From Bugula neritina (taxonomy: Eukaryota; Animalia; Bryozoa), in contig OZ037765.1 of NCBI GenBank assembly GCA_964035545.1, positions 32,673,504 to 32,737,503 of the forward strand: a DNA stretch of 64,000 nt, read 5' to 3'. Numbering within the stretch: the first letter of the stretch is position 1; each line of letters opens with the position of its first letter. The translations under genes were made by a program, and so were the position numbers. Under the pieces are notes generated by a model that saw only the letters and a list, made by a program, of their open reading frames with translations, was not told where the DNA came from and did not search any database. Shown here in pieces: positions 54,102 to 64,000 of this stretch.

Positions 54102-54640
54102 TTAATCTGGTAAGGCGGTTGTCACAGGCGCTACTTGTGAGCGTCTAAGCAGCTTCCTTATATGTACTCTGTATCCAGGAGCCATGCATATGTATATCAC
54201 AATGTTCAGAGTACCATAACATGCATTATAGATCAAGACTCCCATGTCAAAGCTTGCATTACTTCCTTCATAACTGAGATACTCCTAATTATTATGATTA
54301 GTATTGGTGGAGCTCGGAGAAATAAGAGTTAGCACTATTGAACTATGACCCCTATTAGTTTTAATTCATTGGATAACGAATACGAACATGACTTTCATTG
54401 TGAACTTCATGATATTTGCATTCATTGTCTCCAGCAAATTTTCTTACAGCCATTCAATTTAGATCTACTCTAACTTTACACAAATATATGGAACATATCA
54501 AGGAGGTGGCCAAACTTATCACTCGCCATATGTTATTTAAGTTGCACCGTTGACCTAAATATAGGCATATATAGCTCTGTATAATAGAATGTGTCAAATC
54601 TTGCAATTGGATTGTTAGATTTACTGCCTCGTAGCTGGTT
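54102..54640 (-). pseudogene. GPCR pseudogene (TM4 to C-terminus), divergent subtype
   Basis: Duplicate of 40531-41070, with the same frameshift at the TM7 WG codons and the RRSQVAPVTTALPD tail. Confidence 0.85.
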
Positions 54641-55781
54641 TACCAGTCATAGACTCAAAAAATTATCAAATTTATTTTAACTCAACCATCTCTGCAGGAA
54701 CCTTGATGGTAAAAGTTCTTAAAGCAGGTAAAGACTGTGTGCTGCTCTTCCTGGCATCAACTATAGCTTGCCTGAACAGGGTAAACACTAAGCCTGTACT
54801 TTACCTACTGGACCCCATTTATCTTTTTTATATTTAATAGAATACTACCTATATTAAATTTTCCATACACATTCTCAAAGCATAACCTACAAATAATATG
54901 TATAATAAATTATTGAGTATTGAGTTATTCAAGGAAAACTTTGCTTTGTTTTTAGAATGTTTTTGAATAATAAGCACCCTGCATAGATTTTATAATGCGA
55001 CATCATTGAAGTGTTATTCTTTTAGCAAACATTGACTAATAGAACTATTGAATTGAAAAGTGTTGATCAGTAAATTGTAATAATTATCTCATCTCTTTCA
55101 CATTATATAACATACAACAATATTGTTAAATCAATACTTTATATATTACTATTGACTGCTCATCCCACTTGAGAGAAATATTGTATTATTACTTGCATGA
55201 TAAATCTAGCAACTCAGTTTGATTCTGCACTGTTTCACCTAATTATCAAATATTTGTCAGCAGTATAGCTAAAAATAGATAAAGTTGAAAAGTTACATGA
55301 AATTTATTAAAAGTATGAACTTAGTTTGAATACTTCGAAATTTATAATAGTTATATAACTTGCCGAAATTGATAAAAGCAATAACTTGAACAGTTACAAC
55401 AGTGGTATATGTAATGTAAACAACACACATAAATCTAGTAATTTATTTATAAATTACAATCTATAGCTTCTCAAGAATTATTATGTAACTTATTGCAATC
55501 TTTTTAACACCAAATGATTGTGATATACATAAAAGCAAAACTTCAGAGCCAAACAATAAAATATAAATCTGCTGTTAATTATAAGATATATCATTTATTG
55601 ATTGACAACACCAAACGGCATTTAACAATACAAAATATTTTTTGACAAAACCAATCGAACTATAACATTTTTTTGCCTTTATTATGAAGCAAGACTTAAT
55701 ATTTATGACATTCACCACAAAATTAAACAAAACTAAACGAACATTTCCATTTTGTGTTGTATTGTTGAGTAGCAAGTTCTA

Positions 55782-56720
55782 TCAGGCAGGTTCAGCAGGT
55801 GCTACTTGTGAAAGGCTGCCTCTACACTTGAACAGTTTCCTTATATGTACTCTGTATCCTGGTGTCATGCATATGTATATCACAATGTTCAGAGTACCAT
55901 AACATGCGTTATAAATCAACACTCCCCATGTCAGAGCTTGCGTTACCCCTTTTAAAGCCTTCACATTATAACCCGGTGTAGAGATCAGTGCGGGAATATA
56001 AGAGAAATAAAAGAGAGCACAAATCAGCATAATATAAGTTGCAGACCTCTTGATGCTTTCATCATCATGTCCAGGAACATTTCTTTCAGCCATCCGTTTT
56101 AGTTCTACTCTAACTTTATACAAACATACTGAACAGATTAGGAAAGTGGCAAAAATTGTTACACCGTATGTCATTGAAGTTGCAGTATTGATTTGAATGG
56201 GTAAAGCCCCAAATTCACCATAGCAGTACAAGTCGACTTGTACGAGGACTGTTGGAGTTACTACTCCATAGCTGATGATCCAAGTTACAAAGAACGAGAC
56301 CCCAAAATTGTCCAAAATCTTATTAGAGGTATATTGCAAGGGTTGGCAAATAGAGACGTACCTTTCATAGCTGCTTAAAGCAAGCACAGCTAATCGAGCT
56401 ATTGAAATACCCATGCCTAGTACAAATGCGATAATTTGGTAAAATTTAGCTTGCTGATTGGTCAAACTCAAAATTGGTGTAGCAATCTCACAGCTGACTA
56501 AGAGTATGTTAGACGCACTTGCTGCTACGTCAGTAACGCCAATGTTTATTATGCTCCAGTAGTGTTTTGTTTTCTTCGATTTTTCTATCCCACTTAAAAC
56601 GGCAAGATGTACAATGTTGCTCACTATACTGACACAGTTTAATAGCAGATGTACAGCAGATAGCTCTGGTTCTACGCAGGCTTTAGTAACACCTTCACAC
56701 AGCACATCTCTACTTTCCAT
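55782..56720 (-). CDS. Intronless class A orphan GPCR, copy 5 (312 aa from MESRD)
   Basis: 939-nt intact ORF. The N-terminal half resembles copy 1 and the C-terminal half resembles copy 3. Confidence 0.93.
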   Translation of the reverse strand: MESRDVLCEGVTKACVEPELSAVHLLLNCVSIVSNIVHLAVLSGIEKSKKTKHYWSIINIGVTDVAASASNILLVSCEIATPILSLTNQQAKFYQIIAFVLGMGISIARLAVLALSSYERYVSICQPLQYTSNKILDNFGVSFFVTWIISYGVVTPTVLVQVDLYCYGEFGALPIQINTATSMTYGVTIFATFLICSVCLYKVRVELKRMAERNVPGHDDESIKRSATYIMLICALFYFSYIPALISTPGYNVKALKGVTQALTWGVLIYNACYGTLNIVIYICMTPGYRVHIRKLFKCRGSLSQVAPAEPA

Positions 56721-57640
56721 GTCTGCACCATCGGAGTGGCTGAAGCAAACTGCACACAAAGCGACAAATTATTGTATTGATTAAAAACTCATTCAATGAT
56801 TATTTAAATGTATTATAATCTTTCTTATTTAACAGTTACTACAGGCAACTTGTTATTTAAACAATGTTTATATATAGGTGATGTTAACTGCAAATTTTAG
56901 AGAATTGCCAAGTAATCTGAAAGAATTATGACATATATGCACGAAAGACATTGTAAGACTATTGCAGCAGTGCTGATTGCTTTTTTCTCAGTGTAATGCT
57001 GAGACTTTTAGTTCATCTGCTCAAAATTTATTTATGTGTTATGAGGCAAAAAATTGCTTTGGCATAAATTTATGTATCCGTGAAATTGTTTTTATGAAGT
57101 TATGTCTTTTTGCGAATGATTTAGTTTTTTTGGCCAGGAGTACAAAACATATTTAATTACATACAAAAGAGTTCTATCAGTTAAAAGAAATTTGGAAAAA
57201 TTCAAATTCTTTGCAAATAAATTAATCAAGTTTTGTTTGCTAATGGTAATTATATTTTATGTTGTCAGTGTGTATTATAGGCTATAAGTTATTACAGTAC
57301 ATCAACGTAAAAATTAGACAGCAGTCAGAGTGGATAAGAACACTTTCAATTATTGTGTAGCCTATTCTGCTGTTTCCCCATCCTATAATGAACCACATAG
57401 GTAGAATGAAAATATATGTTAAAATGCAACTGTACTTCTTCTCACTTTGTATTTATTATCTAATAATAGGAGTTGAAGTTGACTAATGAAGTTGTCCTCC
57501 GGATGAAAGCCTGAGGGGGGTTAAAACTATAGCAAATAACCTCATCAGTCTACATATGACTAATACTGCAATATCAGTTCATATACATATAACCTGAGGT
57601 TCAGGTATAAAAAAATTTAAATAGTTTCTTTTATTTATAA

Positions 57641-57867
57641 GAGGGAGCAGCCGTGGTCTAGGGGTTAAAGCGTTTGCTTTGTGAACACGAAGTTGTGGGT
57701 TCGAACCCGACAAAGGCCATTGGTGATGTTAGGAAGAGCATCCAGTCATAATTGCTCCTGTGCCTCATTTAAACAAGTCCTTAGCCCGTTCTAGCAAAAA
57801 CCCTTTTCATCAGGGGTTTCTCACAGGGATAGCGACTATAAACTTGCGTGAGTTTTTTTATTTATAA
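57641..57867 (+). mobile_element. tRNA-derived SINE, first of a tandem pair
   Basis: A box TGGTCTAGGGG, B box GGTTCGAACCC, shared body and TTTTTATTTATAA tail; a dispersed copy lies at 10482-10683. Confidence 0.88.
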
Positions 57868-57868
57868 T

Positions 57869-58094
57869 GAGCAGCCGTAGTCTAGGGGTTAGAGCATTTG
57901 CCTAGTAAGCACGAAGGTCATGGGTTCGAGCCATGACAAAGGCTATTGGTGATGTTAGAAAGAGTATCCAGTTGTAATTACTCCTGTGACTCATTTAAAT
58001 AAGTCCTTAGCCCACTTTAACAAAAACCCCTTCCATCAAGGGTTTCTCACAGGGATAATGACTATAAACTTGCGTGAGTGTTTTTTATTTATAA
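57869..58094 (+). mobile_element. tRNA-derived SINE, second of a tandem pair
   Basis: Diverged head-to-tail copy: A box TAGTCTAGGGG, B box GGTTCGAGCC. Confidence 0.88.
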
Positions 58095-60914
58095 TTTCTT
58101 TTTATATTACATAATATAATAGTTACTAAATTATTAGCTTTGAAATAACTGTCATTGCCAGATGAACACTTCATTAAGGAAAAACAGATTCTCTGGTATA
58201 TGGTTGTAGTTGGGTGGAAAAGATAGCTCTGCGGACATAAAATTGCATCATTTCGTGCTCATCCGTATTGTGAGTGACACAGGGCAGTAGACTAAATGAC
58301 GCACTCAGCCACATGCCAAACGCTATAGAAGAATAACACACGGCACTCTGTTAGGTTTAAAAGTCCTCATCATAAACGATACTAATCAGTGGAAAACCTT
58401 TCAACTTTCAGACTTTAAATGATATATTATTTTGACTTTCATGGCATACAATGGTGAAAATTGTCAATATTACATAATTATCACTTTCTTTGTTTTAGTA
58501 AATTAATCATATACTTGTCTGCATGATTGGATGATACTTTAGAATTGATTGACTTCCTTAAGTAGAAATGCGACATTTTTCATTAAAAATACTCAAGAGC
58601 ATACAAAATATTTATAAATTAAGAAATTGAAATAAATGCATATATAAATGCACATTTATCACAATGCTTTATATATAACTTGATTATTAAAATATGCATA
58701 AAAGAGCAAATTTGTATTACTCTAAATTTTCACTTCGCAATAATCTTATAAAGTAGTGATATAGTTAGCCCAAAAGTATCTGACATAGATTACTAAAAGT
58801 TGTAATTTTTATAAGGTGTGGCTGAGACAAGTACTTGGCAACTTGCCACTTGATTGTGTAGTCAAAATAGGTACATTTTAGCTGTCAGATGTACTTAGAG
58901 AGCCTGCGCTGTTTTTCTTATGACTCATTATGACATCTCAGTATGTAGATTTAGAGATTTTACAATGACACACTTTACCTTAAGCTGTACTAAAATTGTC
59001 TTATATAAATATTAGCATTGGTTTACTTACTGTATATGAGAGGTATGTTTATGTTTTATAATAAATTTTGTAGGTATATGTGCGGAGTTAATTTGATATT
59101 TTTGATAGCTTGTGGATTGCATTTCCAGTCTGCTCTAAAGTTGGGGGGGGAACTCTCGGAACTATAAAGACAATTATTGCTCAATTGTATTGCGGTGTAT
59201 TCTCAGCTGCTGCAACGCAAAGCTTATTAATTAAACTGCTTTAAAACCTAAATGTTTCAATTTGAACTTTTAAAGCTAAAAATAGCTCCAAATTTTGTAA
59301 TATGGTTAAAGCCATAACCTACCTGAATTTCATCTGAAAGCTATCAGAAATTTTAAATCAATTTAGCATGCAGCAACAGTATAAAAATGAACACGCTAAT
59401 ACCAAATTTGTGCCCTGAAAAAGCTAATGAATTCAAAAAGTATTTTTTATATACCTGTCAGAATCTGTTATTGGTAACTGAGGACCCTCTAAATCAATAA
59501 CGTTAATTTGTGAGTTTGCAAATGCAATGGCTATTTTAATTGACTACATTAACATAAGGCTGCTGACCAAACATCATATTAATGTATAGTTAATTAAAAT
59601 AGTTTATGACCGTGTGTTGGGCTTTTCATGTAGTTTAATCAGATTTTATTCTGTGGAGTGGATACAACACACTGCAAGTTAGATTCCATCATTCTGAATT
59701 CACACTCATGGGAAGCATGTAGCTAAACTTCCTTCCATATGCAGAAATTAGCTACAGTAGCAGTGCTACACGTTGGTTACGAATGTTGCTCGGGCATCTC
59801 TCCCTTTCCATAATAAAATGGTGCAGCCATTTTATTCATATGAAAGGTAAGGCAACTCTGAAAGCTGTACCTAATCTTCTAGAACTTCTTGTTAAGGTTA
59901 TTTTGGCAATAATTTCCGGTAGATTATGGCAATTTTGAGAAGCTTGCTTTACAAAAGCTAGATCTGAAATTGTGTTTATGATTATAGGCTACATAATATT
60001 TTTTAATATTATTTATTATTGGTTTTAATTTATCTATATTTATATTTTTTTTGGAGTTTTGAGAAGTTGTTTTCTTTTTACTTGGTTCGCTGCAGTTGAA
60101 GTTTATTCATAAACATACATGCACCTGTTTTTCAGTATTTTTAAATTTACTTGCAATTCCTTAGCTTAATTGGCTAGAACTTGAAGTGATGTGTTTTTAT
60201 GGTTGGCTATTTGTATGTAGCCAATAGCAATGTTAACTTGATTCTAAATTTTTCAACCCAATAGGTGAAACTTTTGGTACTGAATAATATAATTTTGCTA
60301 TTGATATACAAGAGGACTAAATTAATGAAGGCACAGATCAATGGTGACTCAGGTGGTGCGAGGCTCATTTGCAGATAAAGTTTATTTTTTCGCTAAATTC
60401 ACATGATTAAGTCACTTTCAGGTAATATTTAGCAGAGTGTTTCAGCACACATCGTGACTATTGTTATACATGACAATGCGCTTTTCTAGTAATGACCAAG
60501 CTATAATTATATATTCATAATAATTGTCATATTAACTGTCATTTGGAACGAATCAGCATGACACAATTTGTTTTCTATAAACTTAGCCGTCTGTGAAGAT
60601 ATTTTTTCCTTGCAGCCCATCAGTGCGTGTCAAAAATTTCATAGCTGGATCAATATAATTATTAGCAATTTGCTAATGAATATATTTCAAAGTGATTATA
60701 TATTTTATTCTAGCTAGGATCCCAGTCTATTTATGACTGCATGGCATGCTTTATAAGAGCAGGCTATTAACTTTAGATAACATTTCAAGTCAAAGATAGA
60801 CGAGGGTTGCGACAGATCAAATCAAGATAAGACAAGGACTTATTGTTCAGTTAGAATCTGCTGCCCTGGCTGTCCAACACTTGCTATTAGAATATATGTA
60901 TAGAATCAGCAGAC

Positions 60915-61544
60915 ATGGAGAGAATCATAGCAGACGTCTCTGCAGCTGATGATACAGAGGCTCTGAACCAATCCACCTCAAGCAAGTATGCATGTAACTT
61001 TTCTACCTCACCTTTAAAAGAATTAAATACAGTCTTGTTGTTTTAGGGTACAAAATAGATAATTTGTGCAAAAGCAAAATGTAAAAATATAATACGTATT
61101 TTGTACATTAAAAACTTATATTATACGTATATATGATACATAATAACATATGATGTAGAAGAAAAGCCTTGCATTGTCATAAATAACTTGCCTTATATAT
61201 AGCGCTATAATAAATGTTGAAATATAATTTAATGTGCTGTAATTTAAATATATAATAAATAATAATATTACCAACAAAATATCAATTAATTCTTAATGTT
61301 TATGTATTGCATAATATAATATAGTTAAAATATTTGTACTCAGATAATTAATTTAATTTTTTAGTTGCATGCAGCCTTTGCTTCATTTTCAACTATTTCC
61401 TGATTTCGTTGTACAGAAATACCAGCAGAAGAACTCATATTCTCTCCTCTCAGAGGTTTCTGGTGTTTATCCTCCTGGTGGCCGTGTTTGACATGCTACT
61501 GGCTACTACAGAACTTGCGTGTGATGTTCTAGCAGAAACATATG
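60915..61544 (+). CDS. Second Hv-family (HVCN1-like) paralogue, first two coding exons; the gene continues beyond the window
   Basis: Exon 60915-60985 (MERIIADVSAADDTEALNQSTSSK) and exon 61417-61544 (NTSRRTHILSSQRFLVFILLVAVFDMLLATTELACDVLAETY). Exon 2 has the same length (128 nt) and phases as the S1 exon at 24131-24258 and keeps D112/E119/D123. The window ends on an acceptor-like TTTGTTGACAG. Confidence 0.82.
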
Positions 61545-61860
61545 GTCAGTATCTGCAGTACTCAGTATATAGTCAGTACTCAATATAGTCAGTAGTTAGT
61601 ACTCAGTATATAGTCAGTACTCAGTATATAGTATATAGTCAGCACTCAATATAGTCAGTAGTCATTACTCAGTATATAGTCAGTACTCAATATAGTCAGT
61701 ACTCAGTATATAGTATATAGTCAGTACTCAATATAGTCAATAGTCAGTACTCAGTATATAGTATATAGTCAGTACTCAATATAGTCAGTAGGCAGTACTC
61801 AGTATACTGTATAGCCAGTTGGTACTTAATATAGTCAGTATTCAGTAACCAGTATAGTAT
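61545..61860. repeat. Degenerate minisatellite (GTCAGTACTCAGTATATA-type) starting at the splice donor
   Basis: Seen directly. Confidence 0.9.
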
Positions 61861-64000
61861 AGTTGGTACATACACTAGAACTTAGCAGGTCATTCTAGCA
61901 CGCTCTTCCTAATCTTTTAATTGTTTTTAGATCACAACTGTTGTTGAGGTAACCAGAAATTAAAAAGTTGCATCCTAATTAGCAGAATGTTTGGGGTGTA
62001 ACACTTAAAACATACTAAGCTACCAAATATAAACAAAAGACACTATTTTATGATTTGATATTTTGATTGGTTATGTTGCTGAGTTTATGTTATTAATTTC
62101 CTAATCTAAGAATAATTACAAATAGGTTTGATTCAATCAATAACATAATATTTTATTGAAGCTCTCAGCTTTTATAACAGAACAATGCTTTTTGGTTCAG
62201 TGTACAAATTTGCAGTTTATTATAGCTACTATTAGCCCTTATAAGAACATTTAAAGCCTTTGCGACAATGTATTGCTTTAGCAACTTTTCAAACTGCTCC
62301 ATATTTGAATATTTATTGCACAGTTATTGCATGAGACATAAGCAATTTACAGATGGGGTTAGGTTGGCTTATAGTTGCTATTCACTCGCGTGAGCTCGAT
62401 TAATGTCTTTATATATAATGATTGTTTACTTTGTTTGCATCAAGCTATGCTGACAACATATTACAGTTTAAGGCAAGAAAAGTGGGGCAAGGAGCAATTT
62501 TGATTGGTTGCCCTCCTTATCATTTATAAGAACCTTGTAGGGTTCCAAGCACCTGCCTAACATGACATGTGTCACACTGATACTTATAAGGTTAGGTTAG
62601 ATATAGCAACATGTAGTTGAAGTACCAAACCTTACAGGTCAACTTTATATTGCTTGCTGTTGTTTGACACAAAATATCAAAGTACTCAATATTAAGATTA
62701 GTACTATTGAGAGTAGAATTAGTAGACCAGTATTAGTCTGAAAGATCACATTGTGAAATAATGTTTACAAACAGCCAAATTTTCATTTGTCAATAAAATT
62801 GAAGAAAATTATATTAAAAAATATATTGGTTTTAAAAAAGTTGGATAAACCATACAGATGTAATAACATCAAACATTTTTTAGTAAGAAATACGTATTCA
62901 ATATGAGGTTTCTAACACGTTTTAATTACTTTTGTTTAGGAAGTAGATGTGCACCCATGAATAAAATCTTTATTCCAATAAGTAAACTTTTGAAGGATTT
63001 TTTTTCTGGGCTAAGAAGTTTCAGACTTGCTAACTAGCGGTGTATTATGTACTCCTTCAATATATTTTCTATCAACAAACATTAAGATAAAACACATTAT
63101 GCAGAAATTACATAGCATTGCACCGTGCATTACTATATATAACATAAAATCAACTTCATCCTACGTGCATGTCTGGGTAGATTTATTGAAATTCCAGCTT
63201 TCTAGGTATATAAAAAACTTCAGGTATTGAATGACGCTTAAAAGGAAATCCTGCCCATAATTCCATCCTAAACGTGTCAAGGTCCATAATTCATTAGTTT
63301 TGGTTTATATAATATATATTATTTATTTATTTGATGTCTCAATAATGTAAAACAATTGCACCAGTTTTAGAAGCCACCAGGAAACAGTCAAATGAATTTG
63401 CATATTTATTTCATCATAACTTCAAGTCTTCAAGGAAATGATGCATAGATCAGATATAAATTAGCTTTTTATTTTAGTTTTGGCAAACAGAAAGCATCAG
63501 GTAATAAAATACCTCACTTGTTTGTCTGTAAATTCTTCTAATTAAATTCTAATTAGTATAAACAGTTTATGCTTTCTCTGTCAACCTCAATTTGATCCTT
63601 TTGGTAGTAAAATTGATTTGGTTTAGTAGATTAGTAGTAGACTATTGACTAAGCAAACAAATCAGTTATTTTATTGATTTAAAAAACAATAAAAATTAGG
63701 GCTACAACTTTAAAAGTTAATTTGGCAATTATTTTTAGCGAGTTTATAGGCACTTCAACTGGAAGGAAAGCGGCAGGCTTATAGGTTTATGATGAATGTT
63801 ACACGCAGCTCTTGCTATGATGACATAATTTATGCTGCATCTGCCTAATTAACATTATAAACTGTATTCGGAGTCAAAAAGTACTTATTGCACCTAATTT
63901 TATTCCAATGCATTCATCTGGTATAAAATATGTTATTTATTTAATCCTGTTGTTATAAAACAGAAAGCTGTCAACGTATCTAATTTCTCTTTGTTGACAG

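Larger units (their letters stand above)
36309..56720 (-). repeat. Tandem segmental duplication array; ~5.6-5.9 kb unit = GPCR gene + upstream block + GPCR pseudogene + 3' flank
   Basis: Long near-identical non-coding blocks at 37250-40700, 43115-46650 and 51125-54300, and at 40700-42170, 48690-50180 and 54260-55780. Confidence 0.92.

Overview
AT-rich, intron-containing animal DNA. It is probably a lophotrochozoan invertebrate, but that is inferred only from gene content. I assembled two complete spliced genes by hand, with every exon bounded by GT-AG and in consistent phase. (1) A ZC3H11A orthologue: three CCCH zinc fingers, 11 coding exons, 4012-20051, about 422 aa. (2) A voltage-gated proton channel (Hv) family gene: 9 exons, 23685-27231, about 441 aa. 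It lacks the first S4 arginine (LSWRVVR) and has an ~85-aa extracellular S1-S2 loop with a His cluster and two convertase-type cleavage sites. A second Hv paralogue starts at 60915 and runs off the window. Between the two Hv genes is a ~27-kb birth-and-death array of intronless class A GPCRs: five intact copies and four pseudogene fragments, built by tandem, inverted and mosaic duplication. The receptors have an Arg at the sodium-pocket position 3.39, lack the TM3 disulfide Cys, and end in SQVAPA-like tails. Also present: a partial LTR, a tRNA-derived SINE family, a Harbinger-type MITE with its empty site, a tRNA-like Pol III unit and several minisatellites. No CRISPR or prokaryotic features.
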